Source of the DNA: Eledone cirrhosa
Lineage: Eukaryota
Assembly (NCBI GenBank): GCA_964016885.1
Contig: CAXHJY010000814.1
Location: 23,194-87,193 of the forward strand
Reading direction: 5' to 3'
DNA length: 64,000 bases
A program made the translations under genes and the position numbers. Position 1 is the stretch's first letter. Each line of letters starts with the position of its first letter. Below are positions 1 to 10,979 of the stretch, piece after piece. The notes under the pieces are model-generated. The model was not told the origin of the DNA. It saw only the letters and a list, made by a program, of their open reading frames with translations, and searched no databases.

Positions 1-135
1 TATATATATGTATACATATATATATATATATATACACATGTATATATATGTATACATGTACATATATGTATACACATATATATATGTATACATGTACACA
101 TGTATATATATGTATACACATATATATATATATAC
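1..135. repeat. (TA)n/(TACA)n microsatellite
   Basis: Alternating TA with interspersed CA/TG. Confidence 0.95.
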
Positions 136-634
136 ATCGTTTATGTGAGAAAGTTTCGAAATAATTTTTTCACCCATTTTAACGATTAAGTAAAGACAGA
201 GTTATCGTTCTTGAGATTTCCTCCAAGAAAATTTCAAGGAACTGATGTCGCTAAAGCGTCAATAAATTGAGCTACCGTGTTGCATCATGGGATATCTAAT
301 GGGTCAGATTTATTCACTGGCTACTTCGTTGAACCTTGGTACTGGCTGTGCGGTAGTACGGAATGGCTTGCCAAGGGAAATAACTCGTCTAAATCACTTT
401 TTATTATACGGCTGAGGCCATGCTGGGGCACCGCTTTATTTCATTTTTTTTTTAATAACTTTCTTAATAATAAATATTTTTAATTAAAATTTTGTAGAAA
501 TGTGTATTAAAATGTGCAGATTCCGATTCTGGAGAGGGAATTAGAATATACGTTAATAGGAAATTTTAACAAGACGAGTTTACTTTTAATCTTGCATTGT
601 AGGGCTTTAAAATATTTGTACTTATTTAAACTTG

Positions 635-899
635 TGTGCATGCATACATATATATATATATATAAATGTACATATACACATACACACATACATATATATA
701 CATATACACACATACATAAACGTACATACACACATGTATATATATACATATTCATATATATATATATATGCATATATATATATACATGTGTCTATACATA
801 TATATATATATATGTATGTATATGTATATATATGCGTGTGTGTATATATATATATTTATACAGGGAATAACGAGTCTATGGCTCCATTAATTTATCATG

Positions 900-930
<31 letters not shown>

Positions 931-994
931 CACATATATGTATGTTTATATATATGTTTGTATATATATATGTATGTATATATATATACGTATA

Positions 995-1032
<38 letters not shown>

Positions 1033-1176
1033 TATGTATATATATATACGTATATATGTGTATATAAATATATATATATATATACATACATATATATATA
1101 TATATGTTAGTATGTATATAAGTATGTTTTGAAGCAGGGAGTTTGAAATTAAAGGGTTCTAAACCCCACTATCAGG

Positions 1177-1210
<34 letters not shown>
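635..1210. repeat. Compound (TA)n/(TG)n/(CA)n microsatellite
   Basis: Low-complexity alternating purine/pyrimidine; source of the spurious YIYI ORFs. Confidence 0.95.
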
Positions 1211-1213
<3 letters not shown>

Positions 1214-1254
1214 CCCACCTCAATATACATACTCGGATGTATGTATCTGTATAT

Positions 1255-1366
1255 CATGATTTATACACTGTTCACTTCCCTGACATTTGTACATTATTCT
1301 ATCTACTATACATGCACCTTTGATGAGTTATAATGCACCTGAGCACTGTACACAATTTTATTATTT
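1255..1366 (+). mobile_element. CR1-type LINE 3' UTR fragment (second copy)
   Basis: Closely matches ~3555-3660 (cctgacatttgtacattattctat...gcacctgagcactgtacacaat). Confidence 0.7.
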
Positions 1367-1721
1367 ACGAGTAGACTTGGCTGTTCTTTCTAGCATTTCC
1401 GTTGTTGTAATTAGTATTTTTTTAATTCTCAGGATGTTATTTGACTGGTGCTTCTAGCATTTTACACACTTAGTGTGTTTGCTTTGAGGGAGATCTTAGC
1501 TACTATTTCTACCAAGTTTTACCGTAATGGGGTGTGTAATTTAAGGGTTGTTAGGCTGCTATTTCTTTCAACATCTTCCTAGTTATTCTTTGAAGGAAAT
1601 TTGTTATAAATTAAGAAAAGAAAGAAAAAATCTATTACATAAATAAAAGATGTTGCAGCATATATATTATCTCTTCTTCCTCTGGATTTGAGTTCAATTT
1701 TTCACAAGTGATAATTGAGAA

Positions 1722-3497
1722 TAGCTGTCGAGATACTGCATCCTTTAAAACCTCCATGGAACAAACTACCTGCATCAGTTGTTAGCTGTCGAGACACTGC
1801 ATCCTTTAAAACCTCCATGGAACAAACTACCTGCATCAGTTGTTAGCTGTCGAGACACTGCATCCTTTAAAACCTCCATGGTACAAAATACCTCCATCAG
1901 TTGTTAGCTGTCGAGACACTGCATCCTTTAAAACCTCCATGGAACAAACTACCTACAACAGTTGTTAGCTGTCGAGACACTGCATCCTTTAAAACCTCCA
2001 TCAGTTGTTAGCTGTCGAGACACTGCATCCTTTAAAACCTCCATGGAACAAACTACCTGCATCAGTTGTTAGCTGTCGAGACACTGCATCCTTTAAAACC
2101 TCCATGGAACAAACTACCTGCATCAGTTGTTAGCTGTCGAGACACTGCAACCTTTAAAACCTCCATGGAACAAACTAGCTGCATCAGTTAGCTGTCGAGA
2201 CACTGCATCCTTTAAAATCTCCATGAAACAAACTACCTGCATCAGTTGTTAGCTGTCGAGACACTGCATCCTTTAAAACCTCCATGGAACAAACTACCTG
2301 CATCAGTTGTTAGCTGTCGAGACACTGCATCCTTTAAAACCTCCATGGAACAAACTAGCTGCATCAGTTGTTAGCTGTCGAAACACTGCATCCTTTAAAA
2401 CCTCCATGGAACAAACTACCTGCATCAGTTGTTAGCTGTTGAGACACTGCATCCTTTAAAACCTCCATGGAACAAACTAGCTGCATCAGTTGTTAGCTGT
2501 CGAAACACTGCATCCTTTAAAACCTCCATGGAACAAACTACCTGCATCAGTTGTTAGCTGTCGAGACACTGCAACCTTTAAAACCTCCATGGAACAAACT
2601 AGCTGCATCAGTTAGCTGTCGAGACACTGCATCCTTTAAAATCTCCATGGTACAAACTACCTGCATCAGTTGTTAGCTGTCGAGACACTGCATCCTTTAA
2701 AACCTCCATGGAACAAACTACCTGCATCAGTTGTTAGCTGTCGAGACACTGCAACCTTTAAAACCTCCATGGAACAAACTAGCTGCATCAGTTAGCTGTC
2801 GAGACACTGCATCCTTTAAAATCTCCATGGTACAAACTACCTGCATCAGTTGTTAGCTGTCGAGACACTGCATCCTTTAAAACCTCCATGGAACAAACTA
2901 CCTGCATCAGTTGTTAGCTGTCGAGACACTGCAACCTTTAAAACCTCCATGGAACAAACTAGCTGCATCAGTTAGCTGTCGAGACACTGCATCCTTTAAA
3001 ATCTCCATGGTACAAACTACCTGCATCAGTTGTTAGCTGTCGAGACACTGCATCCTTTAAAACCTCCATGGAACAAACTCCCTGCATCAGTTGTTAGCTG
3101 TCGAGACACTGCATCCTTTATAACCTCCATGAAACAAACTACCTGCATCAGTTGTTAGCTGTCGAGACACTGCATCCTTTAAAACCTCCATGGAACAAAC
3201 TACCTGCATCAGTTGTTAGCTGTCGAGACACTGCAGCCTTTAAAACCTCCATGGAACAAACTCCCTACATCAGTTGTTAGCTGTCGAGACACTGCAGCCT
3301 TTAAAACCTCCATGGAACAAACTCCCTACATCAGTTGTTAGCTGTCGAGACACTGCAGCCTTTAAAACCTCCATGGAACAAACTCCCTACATCAGTTGTT
3401 AGCTGTCGAGACACTGCAGCCTTTAAAACCTCCATGGAACAAACTCCCTGCATCAGTTGTTAGCTGTCGAGACACTGCAGCCTTTAAAACCTCCATG
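1722..3497 (+). repeat. 61-bp minisatellite (~29 copies) derived from a CR1/L2-type ORF2 C-terminus
   Basis: Unit agctgtcgagacactgcatcctttaaaacctccatggaacaaactacctgcatcagttgtt translates to WNKLPASVVSCRDTASFKTSM, the WNxLPxxVV..SFK motif that ends CR1/L2 ORF2. Confidence 0.9.
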
Positions 3498-3669
3498 CTT
3501 CCTGAAATTCGCCAACACTATACCTGATATTCCCCCCTCCATACACACCCACGTATACACTTTTCACTTTCCTGACATTTGTACATTATTCTATGTACTA
3601 TACATGCACCTTTGATGGGTTGTAGTGCACCTGAGCACTGTACACAATAATTTCATTATTATTATTATT
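3498..3669 (+). mobile_element. CR1-type LINE ORF2 end, 3' UTR and (ATT)n tail
   Basis: The frame continues past the last repeat as LPEIRQHYT-stop, then a UTR ending in (att)n. Confidence 0.8.
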
Positions 3670-3856
3670 GGCAGTGGATTAGCAGTATCGGTTGAGGGTC
3701 GGGCGCCATGCTTTGACGCATAGAGTTACGACCCTTTCCATTCTGAGTTCAAATCCCGCCAAGGTCAACTTTACCTTTCATTCTTGCGGGGTCAATAAAA
3801 TAAAGTACCAGTAATACACTGGGGTAATTGTGCTGGCCTTGTGCCAAAAGTAGAAC
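3670..3856 (+). mobile_element. tRNA-derived SINE with Deu/Nin-like central domain
   Basis: B-box gagttcaaatccc followed by cctttcattct..ggggtcaataaaataaagtaccag; paralogues at ~7012-7203 (+) and ~50224-50332 (-). Confidence 0.75.
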
Positions 3857-3857
3857 T

Positions 3858-4172
3858 GACTTGTGGAGTTATGTCGGACAGCTGTTGTGGCGTGTAGAAC
3901 GGATCCGGCTATCGGCCGAGTCCATAGTGAAGATCGACCCGGGGGTGCTCTCGAACCATCGGGTCGTTCAGGATTGGTGGGGTACCTGAGTGAACCCTGG
4001 GTGGTCAGCCCCCCTATTGGGGATTTTTTCTTGTATTTTTATTATTTTGTTATTGTAATTATTGTTTATACATTGTATATGTACCCCCCCCCCCCCCCCA
4101 CTGTCCCAGTCTTTTGTATTGTCCCCTATATGTCGGCCCTTGTGGCCAATAAATGAAATCATTATTATTATT
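3858..4172 (+). mobile_element. Tx1/L1-like LINE 3' fragment with internal deletion
   Basis: LWSYVGQLL..RLSAESIVKI resembles PWGYVV*LL..RLTTKSIIAI at ~62215. The UTR motifs ctattggggatttt and gcccttgtgg.caataaa are shared with 62670-62790. Confidence 0.65.
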
Positions 4173-4679
4173 ATATATACATATATATATTATCACCCGT
4201 AACTCCCAAGGGGTTGTAGGGATCCATATTGATGTAAGGCCCTTATCACAGCACAAAAAAGCTTCACCATCCCAGATCATATTTCTCTCTATGTGAGTAA
4301 GAAGAACTAAGCCCCGTGAAACTTGGGAGTCTGGTGTAGCTGGAAGAGAGGATGGTTTGGAGTTAAAGGGCTAACCCCTATATCTGAGGGTGTCGTAATT
4401 AGCAATAATATCAGAAGCTTTCTTAACTGAACCTAACCTAACCCTCTCTGTTAGCATATCTCTAATGAAATACACTGTCCCTTGTGATTTTATATTTTGA
4501 AAATGATCAAGACTTTAAAGCGATTTAATAACATAGCTTTCTCGTTATTAAGTTGGTGTTTGGAATATAACTTAAAGGTTCTTACATAAAATTATAATGG
4601 AAGGTTTTAAGATAAATATAAGCACTTTAACCCTTTCATTACCATATTTCTAATGAAAGACACTGTTGGTGTTTGGAAC

Positions 4680-4897
4680 TTAACCCTTTAGCATTTCCAT
4701 TACTTTATATATACTATTATATTTTCATGGTAAAGGCTTTACCTCACATAATTATCTCACATAATATCGAATCTATGAGATTTTGAAAGTATTTATTTTG
4801 CGAACAATACCTTAACATCAGTTTGAGTGACTGGTTACAGCCAGTTTCAACAGAGAGGGGTAGAGAATTCTGGCCGGTTTGAACATTAAAGGGTTAA
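4680..4897. mobile_element. MITE with TTAA-flanked CCCTTTA TIRs (piggyBac-like ends)
   Basis: Ends ttaaccctttagcatt ... attaaagggttaa; an inverted paralogue lies at 56072-56290. Confidence 0.8.
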
Positions 4898-6194
4898 CAA
4901 AGGTTCATACATAAAATTATAATGGAAGGTTTTTAGATAAATGAAAACACTTAACAAACAATTTTGAAATATATTTATTATAACAAACATTTGACATTAT
5001 TGTACAATATACATAGATTCTACATAATGTTATACATATGTCAACTATATTTTACAGACAAGTTATACAATGATGGAAATATCAAAAAAACATAAAAACC
5101 AAATTAAGTAATGAAAAAAAAACGGGGGTAAAGAAGGGCAGATGTGTCGTGGCGTTGCTTCATGGCTCGTAACAATAATCTTTCATGCGTGATTTAGTTA
5201 CCGGTTGACCAATCGCAAGTCTCGCATGAATATAAACAACTTCCACCCAAAGAAGACATTTCACACTTCTTTGTTGACTAAACTCTAGTTGCTGCTTTGA
5301 CTTCAAGAAGATAACATCCATTTTCCTTTCCGTGTCAACACATTGTAAAAATGTAATGGTAATCAAGAAATATTGGCTAGGGAACACTTTCTTTGTATCA
5401 AACACGTTTTTGTTTATTCACTTTTACGGCATGCCGGCACAACATTTTGTAAACCTGTTTCGGTTGTAAATAAATCATGTGAAAATATTATAAAGCCTTA
5501 TGATATTTCTGCCACCAACGAATCTGGCATACACACTAAAAAAAAAAAACGTTGGATGTGATATGGGAAAATGCTTTTCCCAAGGTTCTATCATTTTCCA
5601 CAACAACCAGTGAGTATATCTGACTTAGCTAACTCACTTGCCAACAAGTCATTTCACTTGCTTATAACTGTGTTACAGATTCTCTCCATTTGTGGCAACA
5701 AACTACAACCAAATAACAACTATTATCAACTTCTTCTATGTTACATTTACTGCTAACAAACATTCATCTTCTTGCTATTGCAACTAAACATACTTTTGCT
5801 GGTACAACAAAATAACATATCTTCCCTTTGCTAAAGATGTGGCTGTATAGGAAAGTAGTGGAAAGGACTATAAACACCATAAATAAGAAGAGGGGGTAAA
5901 GAGCTAGGACTGTTAGGAAACAGGAGTATAGTGGATACATGTGCAAAGCCTTAGTGACGTCACTTCCGCCTAAATATGGAGGCGCCAAATCTTTCCCAGT
6001 CTCCACAGAACCTCAAAGATATCCAGACACCATCATCATGAATCCTTCAACCAGCAACAACAGCAACTCAGGTCATCACTTCCAACCTGCCAAGACTGAC
6101 CAATTGGTTAACTTTCCCACGTTAAATTATTTTTTTAATGTAATTAAGTAAGAAAGATATTAACATTGAATAAATAATTGATTATTGATAAATA

Positions 6195-6720
6195 GTTGAT
6201 TATTACGAGTAATACCAAATTCAACATAAATGCACCATCATCGGAAAGAATGGCATTTATAACTCGGTATACCGAGTTTCTCTTCAACACACAATCACCA
6301 TTCCTGAAATATGTGAGAATATATGGAATACATTGTTCTACCAAGACTTTTTTAATAACCTTGTTGACAATGGATTTCACTCAGATGAGGAATATCTTGC
6401 TATTATTACAGACGACTATAATAGAAAATGTGCCGAAAAACAGTCCAACGAAGCAAATAAAAACCAACAACATCGATTTGGGACTCCGTCTCCAGCTAGA
6501 TGTGGGTCAACACTGGTGTTGTCTCCAGCTAGATGTGGGTCAACACTGGCGTTGTCTCCAGCTAGATGTGGGTCAACACTGCTGTTGTCTCCACCAGAGT
6601 CAGACAACTCCAATAAAGAGAACCGAGGAATCAATGATGCAGTCTCGTACTGATGCACCTCCGCCAGATCCTTTATAACATCTTTCGTTCCTTAAGCATG
6701 TCTTTATTATATAATTCTAT
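6195..6720 (+). pseudogene. NS1: Endogenous parvovirus-like NS1 (lineage B), helicase motif C to C-terminus
   Basis: LIITSNTKFNINAPSSERMAFITRYTEFLF aligns to LIITSNSRFNSQAPAAERQAFVTRYSEFVF (58729 ORF). After a frameshift it reads IWNTLFYQD..SDEEYLAII, and it has a gcatgtc..attatataatt 3' motif as in the other B copies. Confidence 0.8.
6488..6595 (+). repeat. 33-bp in-frame tandem repeat (x3) within the NS1 C-terminal region
   Basis: gtctccagctagatgtgggtcaacactgg..tt repeated (SPARCGSTLxL). Confidence 0.9.
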
Positions 6721-6811
6721 TGTGTTGTTGTTATTGTTACAGCTCACACCTAAGCAGGTTTAGCTAGACTCCTCCAAGGTATATCTCGGAGGTGTTTTGG
6801 GTGATTTAATG

Positions 6812-6970
6812 TTAGGGACCCCATCTCATTTCTACAGCTGAGTAAACTGGAGCAACGTGAAATAAAGGGTCTTGCTCAAGGAAACAACACATCACCCGGT
6901 CCGAAAATTGAACTCATAACCTTTCGATAGCAAGCCCAATGCTCTAACCACTAAGCAATGCGCCTTCACA
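6812..6970 (-). mobile_element. tRNA-derived SINE (CORE/Meta-like domain)
   Basis: The reverse strand has A-box gcttagtggttagagc, B-box gagttcaatt, then tccttgagcaaga..ctttatttcac.ttgctccagtttactcagctgtagaaatgag; paralogue at 13100-13267. Confidence 0.75.
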
Positions 6971-7011
6971 TAATTCTATTATCAATATTTGTACTTTCTT
7001 TCTTTATGCAT

Positions 7012-7203
7012 GTCGTGGATTGGCAGTATCAGTAGAGGGTCGGACGCCATGCTTTGCAGCACAGTTACGTCCCTTTACGGACTGAGTTCAAGACCCGCCG
7101 AGGTTAACTTTGCCTTTCATCCTTAACGGGTCGATAAAATAAAGTACCAGTAATACACTGAAATAATTGCTGGCCTTGTGCCAAAAGTAGAAACAATTAT
7201 TAT
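7012..7203 (+). mobile_element. tRNA-derived SINE with Deu/Nin-like domain
   Basis: Paralogue of 3670-3856; B-box gagttcaagaccc. Confidence 0.75.
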
Positions 7204-7341
7204 ATAATTCTCTTACCAATATTTGTAATTTTCTTATGTAATAAACTGAAAAAAAAAAAATGAAACGGTAACAAAAGAAAAAGAGGAAGAGAGAGATCAT
7301 CCAGTAAGTCGGTCTCTCTCTCTCTTCCTCTTTTTTTAAAT

Positions 7342-7855
7342 CAAGATTAGTTGTAGGCAAGAGACTACTGACAATCATCTCTACCTATGCTCCCCAAGCA
7401 GAAGGACTCTTTAACGAGCAACTTCTAGAGAAAAGATATGTGGATGTGTGCTGCATACAAGAGGTGAGATGGAGAAGTGCCCCAGCAAGGATAATTGCAG
7501 GCAAACATCTTAGCTATAATCTTCTCTGGGCAGGAAATGATGATGGGTTAGGTAGGGTAGGCATTTTACTGGCCAAGAAGTGGACTGACAAGACAGTAGA
7601 GGTAGTTAGAGTCAGTAATAGAATAATTAAGATTAGATTAGTTGTAGGCAAGAGACTGCTGACAATTATCTCTACCTCTGCTCCCCAGGTGAGCCTAGGT
7701 AAAGAAGAGAAGGAACGCTTTTACGAGCAACTTCTGGAGACAACCATAATGACAGAGGACAGAGACCTAGTCATACTAGCAGGGGACTTTAATGGTCACG
7801 TTGGTCAGCTCCAGGATGGATACACTGGGGTACATGGTTGATTAGGAGCTGGGGG
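7342..7855 (+). mobile_element. RTE-clade LINE AP-endonuclease fragment
   Basis: VDVCCIQEVRWR, VGILL, VSNRIIKIRL, IISTSAPQV, FYEQL and LAGDFNGHVG..GVHG motifs; short internal duplicate at 7342-7430. Confidence 0.9.
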
Positions 7856-8333
7856 ATCCAACATGTAGAAGACCACAAACATGTTTGCCTAGAGGCTAAA
7901 TGCTTTAAATTCCTCCATCTCCCTCCCTCCCAGCTTGTCTCCCTTCACCAAAAGGACGGTGCATTGTGCAAAACTCTTATCAAATTAGGAGTATGATATT
8001 ACATTTTACGCACAGTCAGCCAGAAATATATTTAACATATGGTTAGATGTGGGGGAATGTAACCCAATTCAAATAAATAGGCGGGAAGATAATGTTGATG
8101 GGTCCAAACATGTAAGGCGCGAAAAAAATGCTGACAAGTCAGAACATGTTTCAGAGAGAAAAAAGAATATAAATAGATGGCATCTCTGCAGCTGCAGCGC
8201 AGGCTGACAGAGGAACATTGAGGGAACGGCGTTACCCCATTTGACACAAGACTTCCACACACACAACAGACCATAAGCTACGAAGGCCTAAAGAAAAGAG
8301 ATGCGGAGATGCTGGCAGAGTTGTCGGTAAGTC

Positions 8334-8990
8334 ATGCCATTACATTTACCATTTTATAACTAGAGTGGACCATACACGACTGACGTTACTAAGAAGCCTA
8401 TTAATTTGGACGAGTGTTGCAGAGAACGGGACATTGATTACGGTAGAAATGACATATCAATAGAAGACGCAGACGAAAAACTCATCAAGTGTGCAGATAA
8501 CGTCGAAGGGGTGGCATCGTTCATAGTGAAGTCAGCCATAAAACTGAAAGAACTGATGCCACCTGCATCAACAACCACAAGAGACAACTTCAATTACAAT
8601 GTTTTGTGCGACGGTGCCAAGTAGGCACTTACACGGAGTAATCCCTAAAGGGAAGAGGCATGGTAGAACTATGCACATAACAAAGGACAGTCACGGGGCA
8701 GAAATACTTAAACACACCACTGGCTGGTTTGTTAACAAGTAATGCCATTGTCAATGGTCGATAAGCACTATAAAAAGCAAACATCCACGCCAGACTGTCA
8801 AAGCTACAAGCAGCAGCAAGCCAAGATTCAATTCAACAACGCAGTTTTCCACGACGAAACAAACACTGAAAACCAGATAGGCTACACATGGGTACACCAA
8901 TTCGAACACCCAAAGGAAATAACTTGGGATGAAGCTCCCAGAATCAACACACCAGCCAACACTCTTGTCCATGTCGAAGAGGGCAGGAAA
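8334..8990 (+). pseudogene. VP1: Endogenous parvovirus-like VP1: PLA2 domain, then probable capsid pieces
   Basis: The frame from ATG 8334 reads MPLHLPFYN*SGPYTTDVTKKPINLDECCRERDIDYGRNDISIEDADEKLIKCAD. This is the parvoviral PLA2 Ca-loop (YxGPG-like) plus DxxxxxHDxxY (H to R) and ADxxL. The capsid call for the downstream part is weaker. Confidence 0.75.
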
Positions 8991-8994
8991 AATT

Positions 8995-10465
8995 ACCTTA
9001 TGAAGGTAATCTACAAACAGCCTTCCATTCTAATATTCCACAAAGCAGCATACAGCTAAATGAAACACTGCCATGATATTCCGCATTTCCACATAATATC
9101 GTGGCACAAAGACCATCCATCAAACATACACTCTTTCCAAATGTTAAAAAGCCTAACAAAAAACAAAGGTACAAACCCATATCAACTTACAGTGCAGAAA
9201 ATATTTAACCTGTACGGGTTTTGCCAATACCTGACACAGAATGATGTAAGATGGGTTGTCGCAGCGAACAAAATAGACACCAAAAGCCAAAAACTCATGC
9301 TCAAACAACTAACAAAGACTAGCGAAGAATCAGACGATGACAAGAACAAAACACTACACACAAACAAAACAGTCCGAGGAGCCAAGTACAATTTCATTAA
9401 AAAAATGATGAAAAGATGTAACTTCACGGACATGGGCGATATCATGTGTTTGGTATTTCAGCAAAGTGAAATACCAAACACAGTGGGATAATATATCAAA
9501 ATACCCCCAACTTATTAAACATCATACAAGCTGCAGTGACAAAGACGAACATCGAAACAAAGGCAACCCGTATATGGGAACAAATACAATAAAAAAACTG
9601 AATACTTTACAACTATGACAAATACATACCATGACGTACAAACATTAGACATATAGTATATGTCTAATGTTTGTAAATATAGTATATATCTAATGGTATA
9701 TGTCATATACCATGAATGGATAGATCACAACTTTAATCATGACGACTTCAACCACCACACATTTGAAGTATGTCATAAAATCAACCCAAAGATTAATGGA
9801 CTACACATCACAGGGCCATCAAACAGCGGAAAGATCAATCCGCAACGGCCTTATGAATTGCGGCTGAATGCAATGCCAAGCATCGAACAACTTCACCTTT
9901 GGCAGTTGTATAGACAAAACCCTCATATACACAGATGAAATGTGGTTCTCCGCTAACAACATCTTGGAGGCAAAGTGCATCTTAGAAGGCACCGCCACAT
10001 ACATAAACATCAAACACCAAATCATCATCATTTTACATCCAGAATTCTCAATTGTTGTGTTCATAGTGTTTGGCAGTAGTATTTATACTGGTTGGATGCC
10101 CTTCCTAACACCAACACCAAAATGAACGAATATTAATACGGACACCGTCTCTGTCAACCATTAATGTGGGCCCTTGGAATGTCGTGCTCCACGAAATAGA
10201 CGGTTTGAAAAACCGGCTTTTTTACTATGAGACAAGACGTCACATGCCGAAATTAAAAGACTGGGGCCGCATTGACCTAAACCCCGTCATGTGGCTAACG
10301 ATATGGAAGCCATCCATAGACAAATATGTCCAAAATGCATATAACGAAACATACCTAACATCAAGATCCAAGCCAAACAAAAGATACAGAGTTAATGAAA
10401 AAGATATTCTTTCACCAAACAGGAAACAACAAATAGTAGAAGTAAGACACAACATAGAAAAATAA
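8995..10465 (+). pseudogene. NS1: Endogenous parvovirus-like NS1 (lineage A), near full-length, disrupted
   Basis: HUH motif PHFHII, FCQYL, Walker A GPSNSGK, Walker B LIYTDE, B' AKCILEG..INIKHQ, motif C RTPSLSTIN and LKNRLFYY (Arg finger). Several frameshifts and stops. Confidence 0.9.
10022..10112 (-). mobile_element. Short retroposon 3' fragment inserted in NS1 with 9-bp TSD
   Basis: Flanked by aacaccaaa (10013-10021 and 10113-10121) with a (GAT)n-type tail on the minus strand. Removing it restores IKHQNERILIRTPSLST. Confidence 0.75.
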
Positions 10466-10979
10466 TTAGAAACACCAGCAACATCTAAAATGACAGCATT
10501 CACACCAACAAAAATGACTACGCCATGCGAAATGGACCTAGAACTAGCACAGGCGTGCGTCATACACGATGCAGATATGAGTGGCTGCAGCTTTCAAAGA
10601 ACAAAAGAAGAATGGAGCCCCTTACTAATCACACCAACGTTGTGACTATCACACAAACATAAAAATTACTTCCTATGATTAAGAGCTAGAGAATATACAC
10701 CAACACCCTTCAAGAGATTTTCACTTTAACAGCAAATATTTCGAAGATTTATATAAACAAGATGCTGATCAATTTTTTTACTTATTTCTGTAACTTTAAA
10801 ATATTTTATTCTCTTCGCTGTCGCTTAATAAAAGAATTGAACTTAAATCTTGCCTTTGTTATCTTTTACATTAATATATATATGTATGTATGTATGTATG
10901 TAAAAGGTAAACAGAAATAACAACACAATCAGTACTGTATATATATATATATATATATAATGTAGGACGTGAGTTTTAT

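Noticed and set aside
507-1132. ORFs rich in YI/IY/VC (also 13208-13472)
   Set aside because: These are translations of (TA)n/(TG)n microsatellites.
1722-3497. CRISPR-like regular repeat
   Set aside because: Head-to-tail units with no unique spacers, no cas genes and a eukaryotic context; explained as a CR1-derived minisatellite.
6812-6970. Functional tRNA genes (also 3670, 7012, 13100)
   Set aside because: A/B boxes are present but there is no clean cloverleaf, and each continues into a SINE body.
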